NCBI RefSeq assembly: GCF_963921235.1
Contig: NC_086097.1
Coordinates: 183,894,001-183,958,000 of the forward strand
Direction: 5' to 3'
From: Mobula hypostoma
Lineage: Eukaryota
DNA length: 64,000 bases
Every line of letters begins with the position of its first letter. Position 1 is the stretch's first letter. Positions 25,057-37,490 of the stretch are shown here, piece after piece. The notes below the pieces were generated by a model. It saw nothing but the letters and a program-made list of their open reading frames with translations, did not search any database and was not told the DNA's origin. The translations under genes and the position numbers were made by a program.

Positions 25057-25922
25057 AACATAGAAACATAGAAACATAGAAACATAGAAAATAGGTGCAG
25101 GAGTAGGCCATTCGGCCCTTCGAGCCTGCGCCGCCATTTATTATGATCATGGCTGATCATCCAACTCAGAACCCCGCCCCAGCCTTCCCTCCATACCCCC
25201 TGACCCCCGTAGCCACAAGGGCCATATCTAACTCCCTCTTAAATATAGCCAATGAACTGGCCTCAACAGTTTCCTGTGGCAGAGAATTCCACAGATTCAC
25301 CACTCTCTGTGTGAAGAAGTTTTTCCTAATCTCGGTCCTAAAAGGCTTCCCCTTTATCCTCAAACTGTGACCCCTCGTTCTGGACTTCCCCAACATCGGG
25401 AACAATCTTCCTGCATCTAGCCTGTCCAATCCCTTTAGGATCTTATACGTTTCAATCAGATCCCCCCTCAATCTTCTAAATTCCAACGAGTACAAGCCCG
25501 GTTCATCCAGTCTTTCTTCATATGAAAGTCCTGCCATCCCAGGAATCAATCTGGTGAACCTTCTTTGTACTCCCTCTATGGCAAAGATGTCTTTCCTCAG
25601 ATTAGGGGACCAAAACTGCACACAATACTCCAGGTGTGGTCTCACCAAGGCCTTGTACAACTGCAGTAGTACCTCCCTGCTCCTGTACTCGAATCCTCTC
25701 GCTATAAATGCCAGCATACCATTCGCCTTTTTCACCGCCCGCTGTGCCTGCATGCCCACTTTCAATGACTGGTGTATAATGACACCCAGGTCTCGTTGCA
25801 CCTCCCCTTTTCCTAATCGGCCACCATTCAGATGATAATCTGTTTTCCTATTTTTGCCACCAAAGTGGATAACTTCACATTTATCCACATTAAATTGCAT
25901 CTGCCATGAGTTTGCCCACTCA
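25057..25922 (-). mobile_element. Young CR1 3' end inserted in the Tc1 left inverted repeat
   Basis: Uninterrupted ORF 25166-25945 (WQMQFNVDKC...LVRPHLEYCVQFWSP...RVVNLWNSLP); (TTCTATG)4 tail at 25058-25089. Confidence 0.95.
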
Positions 25923-26239
25923 GTAGAAGATGAACTGATCTCCAAAAGTCATAACGTTAAAAATGAAACATTCTTTTCAACATTTTAAGCAAGATTAATG
26001 TATTATTTTTGTTTTGTACAATTTTTAGAGTGAAAAAAAGGAAAGGAGTACTATGCAAAAGTTTGGGCACCCCAAGAGATTTGAGCTCTCAGATAACTTT
26101 TACCAAGGTCTCAGACCTTAATTAGCTTGTTAGGGCTATGGCTTGTTCACAGTCATTGTTAGGAAAGGCCAGGTGATGCAAATTTCAAAGCTTTATAAAT
26201 ACCCTGACTCCTCAAACCTTGTCCCAACAATCAGCAGCC

Positions 26240-27372
26240 ATGGGCTCCTCTAAGCAGTTGCCTAGCACTCTGAAAATTAAAATAAATGATGCCCACAAAG
26301 CAGGAGAAGGCTATAAGAAAATAGTAAAGTGTTTTCAGGTAGCTGTTTCCTCAGTTCGTAATGTAATTAAGAAATGGCAGTTAACAGGAACGGTGGAGGT
26401 CAAGCTGAGGTCTGGAAGATCAAGAAAACTTTCTGAGAGAACTGCTCGTAGGATTGCTAGAAAGGCAAATCAAAACCCCTGTTTGAATGCAAAAGACCTT
26501 CAGGGAGATTTGGCTGCGATATAGTTCCCCAACCATATCGCAGCCACCACCCTGCGGCCAGACATTGTTCTAGTGTCTGAGTCTACTAAGCAAGTGGTGC
26601 TGCTGGAGCTGACAGTCCCATGGGAAGATCGCTTGGAAGAGGCCTTTGAAAGGAAGCTCTCCAAGTACGCAGGACTGGTCAGCAACTGTCAGCAGGCTGG
26701 GTGGAGAGTGAGGTGTCTCCCAGTGGAGGTTGGTTGTAGGGGATTCATAGCCCGTTCTTTAGTTAGAGCCTTCAGCATTTTGGGCATCGAGGGAGAGAGG
26801 AAGAGGAGAGCCATCCGCAGTACCACCGATGTGGCAGAGAGGGCCTCAAGATGGCTGTGGCTCAAAAGAGGGGAGCCATGGAGTCATAAGTAGCTAGCCA
26901 TCTGGACACAAGCTGGGGTCTGATCAGCCCCGGCTGGGTCACCTGGGGGAGGTTGTATGATGTTGAAAGACCCGAAACACCCGATGATTCCAGGAACATC
27001 ACAGAAGATGTGTCCAGAAGCATCAGTAGATGTATGTACACAGCAGACTCTGGAGTGGTGGTGCACTGTTCTACTGTGCAGCTACACCTGTGCAAATATG
27101 ACCTTCATGGAAGAGTCATCAGAAGAAAACCTTTCCTGTGTCCTCAACACAAAACTCAGCAATAGAAATTTGCAAAGGAACATCTAAAGCCTGATGCATT
27201 TTGGAAATAAATCCTGTGGACTGATGAAGTTAAAATACAACTTTTTGGCTGCAATTAGCGAAGGTATGTTTGGAGAAAAAAAGGTGCAGAATTTCATGAA
27301 AAGAACACCTTTCCAACTGTTAAGCATGGGGTGGATCGATCATGCTTTGGGCTTGTGTTGCAGCCAATGGTA
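26240..27372 (+). pseudogene. Tc1 transposase pseudogene (paired-like HTH, ILWTDE, TVKHG)
   Basis: MGSSKQL...GEGYKKI...SSVRNVIKKW...RSGRSRKLS; after the HERO insert ADSGVVVHCSTVQ...RRKPFL...ILWTDEVK...TVKHG; stops and frameshifts; ends before the second catalytic D. Confidence 0.9.
26511..27041 (+). mobile_element. 5'-truncated HERO-type (R2-group, RLE endonuclease) non-LTR retrotransposon
   Basis: FPNHIAATTLRPDIVLVSESTKQVVLLELTVPWEDRLEEAFERKLSKY...PVEVGCRGF is a PD-(D/E)xK restriction-like endonuclease of HERO type; stop at 26893; ~150-bp 3' UTR; removing it rejoins transposase codons GAT TTA GCA. Confidence 0.88.
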
Positions 27373-29639
27373 TTGGGTGGGGTCAAATACTTGTCAGGGC
27401 ACTGGGAGAGATCTCTGCTCTTCTTCAAATCTTTCACACCAAATTGCACAGGCATATTTGGCCTCAATTGGCCAAGATGAAACTTTGACATAGTGGTGGT
27501 CCTGATTGTTTGTTTGAGTCTTTGAATCTTGTAGAACCCAGTACCTCCTGATTCAGAAATGCATCTGTTAGAATTAATATACTGTATGTTTAAAATAAAA
27601 CTAGATATTGAACTTGCTTGAAATAAATTAGTAGACAATGGTATTTGTAGTCTTCCTGATAGTATTAGTTTCAAAATTAAATAAGAATTATTTACCTCCT
27701 GTTAGAAACCTCAACAACTGATTGCACAGACAACTGTTTAGTACATTTATATGTATTATTGGATGAAATTTCTCTGGACTCCTTCGTAGGTTTGATGGTT
27801 TGGACTGGGTTATTTTCATACATAGGGTTATCCCACCACATTCTTTGCCACATTTGTATTTTATGCTTGTTTTTTTTTATCACAATCAAATTAAACAATT
27901 ATTCTACTTGGCTATGACTAAGTATGGTTCTGGGCCTAATGGTATCTCACATAAAATGGTGGTATCTGATGGGCCTGAATGTTTATCTCACATAAAATAG
28001 CACATAGACAGGCTAAATTCAATCATTTTATATTGTGTGTTGGTATTTCCAAAAATCACATGTTTTTACCCCTCTTTGCACTATTTCAGTCACAGCTGTG
28101 TGTGGCAACTACCTCTACACCGTGTAGTGCAGGGGGAGTCCATTTGCTGTGCATTCTTTTCTACCAAACTCACTTACCATTTCATTGGACTGATTAAACC
28201 TGTAATTTCCTATCACCTTGATCTCTGTTCCCCTCTATCCTCACTCCCTTTACCAGATTCCTATTACCAGCAAGTTTTAGTACAGAACTTTTGCTAACTA
28301 AGGCTTGGAAAGTAGCTTCAGGCTTTTTGATTTCTTTTGCTGAGATGAGTTAAGCATTTTGAAGAGCTTATGCCGAATTCCTGCATCATAGCCAACAATG
28401 AGGCTATTGATTTTTTTTCTTACAGACCAAGATTTTTATAAACATCCCTCCTGGTACAAATCCGGTAGCTGTGTTCTTTTCATTAAAGTACAAAGATGTT
28501 ATGAATTTTCACTCACTGTGGATCCTCATGCACCAGGAATTCAGGCCTTGGTGTTGGTGGCCTAGATCTTCTATCTATTATTAATTCCTGAGTGAAAAGC
28601 TGCACTTGCTGTAAGTGTGGAACTTCTCCCAACTGAATTGCTCAAATATTGCATTCAGGAAAGAGTCACTGCTGGAAATATTGGTGGTAGAGAAAAATAT
28701 ATGAAAACATTCTTGCAACACCTGCCAATAAAATAAAGAAGGAATAGAGCTTCAAATATTTCTGAACATTCTTCTTCGAGATTCTTCCATAAACTGAGAA
28801 TGACTTGAAGGAAATATAGTAACATTAAAGAAGCATTAAAACCACAACATTTAAAAAATTCTAACCAAACTTACTTATATAATTACATTTTTTTTATATT
28901 TGGTATGTTTCTAATAGAATGTTTTCTTTAAGAAGGCAGAGTTCCTGAGACTTCAATGATTGTCATTGTCAGCTATGGAGACTCAGTGAGGTAGCAGGCT
29001 ATATGCTTAACTGTGTCTGCAGTTCCCAGAAATTATTTATGATTATCATTAAAACCAATCATTCATGGATTTAGGCCAGACTTGCTGTTTGAACATTTCA
29101 ACCCGCTTACCCATTATTGTGGTAAATTGCTTACAGATGAATTCCCCTAGAGTTTGTTTTAATAACAAAGCAGAATAAGATAAAGAACAAGTTCCAAATT
29201 TTTCTGAGATAATTTACTGTTTTGAATGTTGAAGCTAAAATACTGGCGTTAGAATAAGTACAATTGCCTTTAAATTGTTCAACCTCTATTATTGGTCTGA
29301 ACATGTGCTGGAAATAAGAATACAAAGTTAGGCAAAGGAACATTATAAATGGTGCACAGAATTTTGCATTTGAATTCTTTTGTATGCAAAAACCAGAACC
29401 ATGTGAGTCCCATGAGCTCTCTACACAGAGCTCACAGCTTATTTGTCAATGCCACCTGACTGTTGGGAGGTGAGTTTAAAGTATCTGCCTCAATACAGTT
29501 ACAGTAGAGTGGCAGTGGACAGGAACGAAAACATAAAGTGGGAGGGGGCATGGTTTTTCCATGTATCTCTCATTTCCCCATGAGATATACTGGTGTGATG
29601 GACTTCTTTCCGCAACATGACTGTTCTATTAGTGACTCA

Positions 29640-30240
29640 AGCAGTGGTGAGGCATGTGTACATACAAGAACTCCCAGTGGCCACTTATTTTAATTCCATT
29701 TCCCATTTCCATTCCAATATGTCAATCCATGGCCTCCTCTACTGCCGTGATGAGGCCACCCTCAGTGTGGAAGAACAATGCCTTATATTCCATCTGAGTA
29801 GCCTCCAACCTGATGGCATGAATATCGATTTCTTGAACTTCTGGTAATGCCCTCCAACACTTCAGCATTCCCCATCCCCTTTTCCCTCTCTCACTTTATC
29901 TCCTTGCCTTCCCATTGCCTCCCTTTTCTTTCTTCCATGGCCTTCTGTTCTCTCCTATCAGACTCCCCTTTCTCTAGCCCTGTATCTCTTTCACCAATCA
30001 ACTTCCCAGCTCTTTACTTCATCCCTCTCCCTCCTGGTTTCACCTATCATCATGTTTTTTTCTCTATCCCCTGCCCCACCTTTTAAATCTACTCTTTATT
30101 TTTTTTCTCCAGTCCCACTGAAGGGTCTTAGCCTGATACGTCAACTGTACTTTAGTTCCATAGATGCTGCCTGACCTATTGAGTTCCTCCGCATTTTGTG
30201 TGCTGCTCGGATTTACAGCATCTGCAGATTTTCTCTTGTC
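29640..30240 (+). mobile_element. Neptune-type PLE 3' end with degenerate hammerhead (~30110-30147)
   Basis: LPVATYFNSISH...GLLYCRDEATLSVEEQCLIFHLSSLQPDGMNIDF is the GIY-YIG C-terminus; terminal module follows. Confidence 0.85.
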
Positions 30241-30244
30241 TGTA

Positions 30245-32006
30245 ATGCTGGGAAAGGCTGTGGATATGTATAAGGCAGCAGAGACTACACGATCACAAAC
30301 TAAGGACCTGCACAGGGCAAAAACTACAGCAGATGCTGTGAAAAGAGAGGGGAAGAACACAAGGTGTTTCCTGAAGCAACAGCAGAGCACAGAGGGAGGT
30401 TCAAACAGAAAATGAAGCAAATTTGGAGGTAGCCACATCCCAAAGAAGTGTCCTGCTTATGGAAAGGTCTGCAACAATTGTGGGAAGAAGAATTATTTTG
30501 CAAAATATTGCAAAGCTGGGGCTACAAAGGAAAAGGTGCAAACTTGCTGAGGACACGAAGGATGTCTATGTGGATTCTCTACAGACTGCTGGTGCTGGTA
30601 GAACAGAATGGATCATTCCAGTGACTGTGAATGAGACAGTAATTCCATTCAAGCTTGACTCTGGAGCCCAGGAGAATCTGTTATCCATGGATGATTACAC
30701 AACTCTCAAAGTAAAGAGCAAGATTTGCCTTGTGAAATTAGAAGTGACAAGCTATATTGGAGAGAATGTTCCAGTAAAATGGGGCTGTAAAGGAACCTTC
30801 AAGCACAAAGGGCAGCATCTAAAGGCACAGCTAGTGATTGTTTGAAAGCAAGTACAGCCAAAGTAAGGTCCGACTGCATGTGAAAGACACAACCTGGTGG
30901 AAAGTGTTTTCATAGTGGCTTCACAGACAAAAGATGACCACACTTCACTCATGGATAAGTACGCAAATGTCTTTGAGGGGCTCAGATGCTTACCTGAAGT
31001 AACTCAAGATACTCATAGTCATAACAGAACTCATCAGAGCTCCAGAGTGGTTATGCAAGACAAGCACAAGAACTCCACCTCCCATAGCCATCCGTACCAG
31101 CTACACCAGCATGAGAGTCAGGATGCCAGTGCTGAACAGAGTGATCATGATAAAGAAGTTGCCAGTCTTGCTTCCACACCATGCAGCTTTAATTCAAAAT
31201 CTGTCTCTCATCAACTTCCAGTTAGAGACTGGAAAAAAAAAAGTAACTCCACGATCCTCTCTGAAGTGGAAAAGGAAAAATAAAAAAGAAGATGGGGAGA
31301 CCACGCAATCCCAAGGTTAGAAAAACAGCAACAGTTCAACACAAACCAACAGGAGGAGTTGCTATTGATGATACCCAACCAACAGGCAGAGCTCTGTGAA
31401 TGGAGACAGAGTCAGTTGGACCTTGTAGAAAGACTCACTGATCACATGGAGATCATCCAGGGCTCCATTATGAGGCACATGCAGCAAATTATGATCACAT
31501 AGCAAGAAAAAGAACAAAGATGAACAGATAGGATCTTGGCAGAAGGATGTGAAAGACAGAAATATGTTGATCAGAGTTCTCAAAAAGACACTAAAATTAA
31601 CACAACAAATGAAAGCAAAGCATCTATGGAAACAAACAGCAGACCAAAATGGATCATCAAACCACCTTCGAGATTGATTGAGTGTTGCTGAGTGAGTAGG
31701 GGACTGTATTCGCTCATTACAATTGAAGTTAATGTAAGTATCTGTTGGAGAGCATTATTGTTTCCTGCAAATTTATGAGGACATATTATTGTGTTTGTTT
31801 TTGTTTCAAAGGAGAAAGATGTGTTATTATGTGTGTACATAAAAAAAACTGCAGTTCCCAGTATGCAATGTGGGCGGTTCACGTGGAACTGGAAATGACA
31901 TTGGGAAGTGGTCACATGTATCGGAGTGTCCTGGAATATCCTGTAAATAAATATGTGCTAGCATTAAAACCCATGCTGTTTGACTTTATTAAGAACAAAC
32001 ATAGCA
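30245..32006 (+). mobile_element. Degraded Mag-like Gypsy (gag CCHC, protease, integrase tail, PPT, 3' LTR ~31820-32006)
   Basis: KAVDMYKAAE, GGSHIPKKCPAYGKVCNNCGKKNYFAKYC, IPFKLDSGAQENLL; RPKWIIKPPSRLIE; AAAGGAGAAAGA PPT before TGTG...AATAAA...TAGCA. Confidence 0.75.
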
Positions 32007-32199
32007 AGGCATAGGCTAGAAATGGAAAATTAAGTTGGGCAAAGGTTGTGAATTAAATATGGAGATCACATTGCAGACCCTTTAATTTTATGCTTTTTCT
32101 TGATTAGCTAAGAAATTGCTCCTTGATTTTTTTCTTGAGTTAAATAAATAAAGGTCATAAATTGCACCTCAATTAAATCCAAAATGAACTTCTGAAACC

Positions 32200-33400
32200 C
32201 ATTTAGATAGATTTGTCCCTGAGGCCAGATGGGATATACCCCAGGTAACTACAGGAAGTGAGCAAAGAAACTGCTGTAACTTTGGTGGTGATCTTTGTAT
32301 TCTCACTGGTCACAGGGGTAGTACCAGAAGATTATAGAGTGGCAAATGTTATTCCCTTGTTCAACATAGATAATAGGGATAATCCTGGGAATTATACACC
32401 GGTGAACCTTACAATAGACTTTATTAGCATTTGGAGAAACATGTTCTCCAAAGACTTTGAGAGGGACAGCTCATGCCTCATGAGTCTGATTGAAATCAAT
32501 GAGGAAGTTACACAATAAATCAATGAAGATAAAGCAGTAGAAGTGGTGTACTGTATATGGATTTTAATAAGGTGTTTGACAATGTCCCCTTTGGTAGGCT
32601 CATTCAGAAAGTCAGTAGGTTTGTGATCCAGTGAAACTTGACTGAGTGGATTCAGAAGGCAGAGGGTGGTAGTAAATAGATGAAATTTGCTGGGAGATCA
32701 GTGACCAATGGTGTTCACAGGGATCTGTTCTGGGACCTCTGCTTATTGTGATTTTTATATATAGCTTGGAAGAAGAAGTTGAGGGGTAAATTAGTAGGTT
32801 TGCAGAAACATGAAGATTGGTGGTGTTGTGGATAGTGAAGGAGCTTCTCATAAGTTGCAATGGGACATGATAGGATGCAGGGCTGGGCTGAGAAGTGGCA
32901 GGTGGAGTTCAACTTGTAGAAGTGTGAAGTGATATACTTTGAATGGTCGACCTTGAAGGCAGAGTACTGGGTTAATGGCAGGATTATTAGTAATGTGGAG
33001 GAACAGTGGGAACCTGGGATCCACACCTATTGATCCCTCAAAGTTACTATGCAAGTTCAGCGGGTATGTTTGGAGGACTGTGTTGAAGAGCCACAAAGGA
33101 ATGCTGCAGCTCTGTAAGATTCCAGTTGGATCACACTTGGATTATTGTGTACATTTTTGGCCACTTCATTACAGGAAGGATGCAAAGGTTTTAGAAAGGG
33201 TGCAGAGAAAATTTACTAGGATTAGAGATTATGTCTGATGAGGATGAGTTGAGTGATCTAGATGACGTGATAGAGGTGTATGAAGTGATAGCAGGCGTAG
33301 ATAGTGTGGACAGTCATAGACCTTTCCCTGGGCAGCAATGACTAGTATGAGAGATTTTAAGGAGAATGGAGGAAAGTATAGGGGAGATGCCAGAGGTAGA
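32200..33400 (+). mobile_element. Degraded CR1 RT region
   Basis: VPEDYRVANVIPLF...NPGNYTPVNLT; HLDYCVHFW...ERVQRKFTR. Confidence 0.82.
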
Positions 33401-33401
33401 T

Positions 33402-36400
33402 TGTTATGCTATGAGACACACCCAACCACACCAGCTTCCAGGGTCCAGATGCTCAAACTTCCCAGAGTACAGATGCTGTCCCCTTTAAGGATTCAGGATG
33501 GTTCTGTTAATTGGTAATCATGTGTTGAGTGCCAAAAATTGGGTATTTAAGGAACACCTGAACTGTGGTTCAGTGCTCAATCATAAGCTACTCGTGATAT
33601 CATCTAGTGTTTCTTTTGAGGTCAGATCAAAATACTGTGTCTCAAACCTTAGGATATCCCTGCATCTGGGCCCAATTCATCCTCGTCAAGGATTCCCGTC
33701 ACAGTACGATTGAGCCAACATGGAAACAGAGGGCTATCAGAGCCGTTCATCAGCTGTGGCCAACCACAGTGAGAAACTTTCCCTACAGAGCCTGGAGATA
33801 CATATCCTCCAGTTTACCATCTAGCAAACATCTATTGCAGGCAGGAAGACAAAATAGCTCAGGTGAGGCTGTCGGTCGCTCTGTGAAGCCAGTCCATCTT
33901 CCAAGCCCGGAGAGATTCAATGGTGACCTGCTTTCTTGCCACGGCTTCCTTATCCAATGCTCATTAATATTTGAACGCCAACCGTCCTGTCTCCTTTTAC
34001 AGTGTGGAAAGATGGCCTTCATTATCTCTCTTCTGACTGGAAGAGCCCTGGCCTGGGCCACCGTGCATTGGGAATGTAGGACAGAGATTTGCTTGGATTT
34101 GTAAGAATTCAGTGCACCATGAGGAAGGTGTTTCTTCAGCTCATCGGAGCCAGCCAAGCCTCAGACTGCCTACTGAAGATTTGACAGCAGCCGACTACGT
34201 GATCGAATGTCAGATCTCGGCCCAGGAGAATGGTTGGAATGGGAAGACCTTGGCTGGGGACCCTGAGATGAACCAAAGGATACCCTTGCCTGGGGAGAGC
34301 CAGTAGAACTTAGAAGTACTGAACAACAAGTCCATCTGTCTTGATAATTGTCTGGCAGAGCGAGGGTAGGACCATATCAGGAGATTGACGAGAGCCAGTC
34401 CAAACCCAGTCTCGATGCATTGTATTTCCACTCTCCAAACTCGGACCATCACCAGCCTGTCGTCTGCTCAAGATCCAGTCAAACCCACACAGGTCGATGG
34501 CACTGAATTATCAGCCAGTGAGCGATCCCAGCATTGGAGTCAAGGTTGCTGCTTTTACTGTGGGAAAGCAGGTCACCTGCGGAACAAATATCCGAAGCTG
34601 CAGCCACCTAGAGAACTGCTAAGACCAACCAGAGTCAGGAGGACTGTGGACTGTGACGGTAGCAGACACTACTCTCAACCCCACAGATTCTGGTCTTGTG
34701 TTGAAGACAAAGTTCCGCTGGGGTAAAAACTTGAGGCAGGATGAATGTTTTTCTGTAGTTTAGGGAAGCAAATAGTTTCCGGCATTTAGAAACTGCCCAC
34801 AAGTTTGGCGTACTTCTGTGAGAGTTGAGCCAGCCCATGCCCCGCAACTGCCTTGGATAGCCACCCGCTAGGTCCGGGCAGATCCGACAACAGACTGTGG
34901 TTTTGCGATAGGGATTGGGGATCATGTGGAAGACATTAGTTTCTACATTATTGACTCTCCAATCATACCCTGCTCCTCTGGTATCTTGGGCTTTCCCAGC
35001 ATAACTGATCCATGGATTGAAGGGAGGGGAGAATCATTGCTTGGTCCAGTCATCATAAGAGGGTTTGTTTGTGGCATGGTGTTCCAACACCCAGACTCTC
35101 TCGTGACCAATGCCTAATAAGGGGGTAGCCTTCAGTGCAAGGGAACCTGAGACCTTCTGGAGACCTAGTCCGGTCCTCAAGAGCAGACAAGCTAGTTCTG
35201 GCCAACTTGACTGTGCGAGTCCCGACACAGTCTAGTCAGGATCGCACTGGAACTAGACAGAGGGAACCTTTGGATCAGGAGAGGTCCAAGGAGATACTCG
35301 AGCAGTCGGGGACTTAACAAGCTTAAGGAATCCAGCCGCCAGTTCTTGAGGAGGAGAAACCGAGGTGGGAGCTGTTGTGAACTGATACTTAAGCTCTGCA
35401 AAATCAGCCTCTGCTTCAATTGCCCAGACAAAAGGACCCATAGATTTCTTAGCTAGCACTGTCAGTGAAGATGCCACTGAGGTTAAGTTTCTGATGAACT
35501 TCCAGTAGAAGTTAACAAACCCCTGGAATCGCTGGACTTGTTTGATACTGGATGGCGGTAGCCAGTCTCTGACTGCCCAGGTCTTAGGAGGGTCCATCTT
35601 GAGATTGCCATTGGAGATTATGAAACCCAAAATGAAATGGTCATCATGTGAAACTCTGACTTCTCCAACTTGACATAAAGTCCACAAAGCCTCTTTAAAA
35701 TGTCCCTGATGTGAGCAGCATGCCAAATACCCTGTCCCATCAATTTGGTGATCCGGAATGAGAGGAGCAGCCTACCACCATTTTGCTCCAGGCCAGGGTG
35801 GGAGCCCCAATTCATTGGGGTGTTGACACTCTTGTTCACAAGGTCCAGGTGCAAGGGGAGATTCCTAGGAACAGTCCTCTGGGTCAGCTCTTTGTCCCAA
35901 GTTCTGTCCGGTCCCAGGTACTCCAATGGGGGCATTCGTCGAGAATGACCACACACCCAGGGATTTCTAGAACCCTTGAATTTATCAAGAAGAGTTATTG
36001 GTGGCCCAGAATGATGAAAGAGGTTTGGTAGTATGTGCAGACATGCCAGGTGAGTGCCCGGAACAAGGAACCATGTAACCAACCTCAAGGGCTCCTCCAC
36101 TCCCTACCTGTTCACACAGCTCTATGGACTCTGTCATGGGTCTCCCACCATCCAAGGGGAAGGTTATCATGGTAGTTGCCGATTGGCTTTCAAAAGCCTA
36201 CAAGACCATTGCCTTGAAGAAGCAACCTTCTGCAGCGAAGATGACTAAGATTGTCCTGGACCAGGTCTTCAGGATCCAGATAGATATTTTCTAGGATCAT
36301 AGTCCACAATTCACATCACATTTCTGAAGGGCATTCTGTAAACTGATAGAGGCAACAGCGAGCCTTTGCTCTGACGTTTTTTCACCTGCAGTGCAACAGC

Positions 36401-36960
36401 CAGGCGGAGCAGTCAAACCAGGATTTAGAACATATGCTAAGATGTCTGACGTTGAAAAGACTGGACGAGTGGTGTGACCATTTGGAGTGAGCAGTGGTCG
36501 TCCACAACACCCTGCAGCATTCGGTGCCAGAGGTGTCAATGTTCCAGTGCCAGCTTGGTTATCTTCTGACTCTCTTCCCAGAAGAGGAGGCCGAAGATCT
36601 CATCCAACGCTGCAAGTAAAGCTGGATTAGAACAAGAGAGATTTTGCTGGATGCTACCCAGAAAGCAGACATGAAGGTGACCTGAAAGAGAAGTCAGGGT
36701 CCTGCTTTTGCAGCCGAGGTGACAGTTCTGGCTGTCCAAACATGATTTGCCTTTCCGAGTGGAATCCAGAAAGTTGGCACCCAAGTACATTGGACCCTTT
36801 GAAACCCTTTGGAAAGTATAAATCTGGTGGCTTACACCTTAAAGCTCCCCAAGACCCTAAAGATCAATCCCGCCTTCCTCATTTCTAAAATAAAACCTGT
36901 CTACACCAGCTCCATAGTCCCACCATCATCTGTCCTGCCACTAACCAGGGCAATTGATTA
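33402..36960 (+). mobile_element. Degraded sushi/chromovirus-like Gypsy with an inverted RT segment
   Basis: gag PERFNGD...FLIQCSLIF...FIISLLTGRALAWAT, CFYCGKAGH; integrase GHSS...HPGISRTLEFIKKSYWWPRM and [10 protein letters not shown] on plus; RT piece on minus (~35360-35745). Confidence 0.82.
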
Positions 36961-36984
36961 GATTGTATTATGAGGACACTCAGT

Positions 36985-37490
36985 CCTTGTTTTATTGTCA
37001 TTTAGAAATGCATGCATTAAAAAATGATACAACGTTCCTCCAGAATGATATCACAAGAAAACACAGACAAACCAAAGTCTAACTCTGACAAGACCACGTA
37101 ATTATAACATATAGTTACAGCAGTGCAAAGCAATACCATAATTTGATAAAGAGCAGACCATGGGAATGGTAAAAAAAAGTCTCAGAGTTCCAATCAACTC
37201 CCGATAGTCCCTGATAGCAGGCGGCAAAAGGGAAAAACTCTCTGTCATAAACCTCCAGACACCAACAACTGCTGATGCATTGGAAGCACCCGACCACAGC
37301 TGACTCTGAGTCCGTCCAAAAACTTAGAGCCTTTGACCAGCCCTTTGACACTGAGCACCATCTCTGCCGAGCGCTTCGATCCTGTCCCGGCTGCCGAGCG
37401 ACAAGCAAAGGTGAGGATTCGGGGCCTTCCCCCCAGAGATTCTGGATCACACAATAACAGTGGCAGCGAAAAAGGCATTTCAGAAGTTTC
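36985..37490 (-). repeat. Unclassified non-coding interspersed repeat (LINE-like 3' end)
   Basis: Minus strand ends ...TAAATGACAATAAAACAAG like LINE 3' tails; no recognisable ORF. Confidence 0.4.

Larger units (their letters stand above)
24999..27372 (+). mobile_element. Tc1/mariner DNA transposon (IR/DR type), right end missing, two nested insertions
   Basis: TA (24997-24998) then CAGAGGCATGCAAAAGTTTGGGCACCCC; the 21-mer ATGCAAAAGTTTGGGCACCCC recurs at 26053-26073 (inner DR); transposase follows. Confidence 0.92.

Noticed and set aside
25058..25089. Short tandem repeats as a CRISPR-like array
   Set aside because: Spacerless 7-mer CR1 tail in eukaryotic DNA.
26950..26990. Hammerhead or SECIS in the HERO 3' UTR (ATGATG...CGAAAC)
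   Set aside because: Lacks CUGANGA and a stem II; AUGA-to-AAA spacing is too short for a SECIS.
28426..28585. Strong acceptor (T-tract plus TACAG) followed by open frames
   Set aside because: Frames end in stops with no recognisable domain or convincing in-frame donor; needs RNA evidence.
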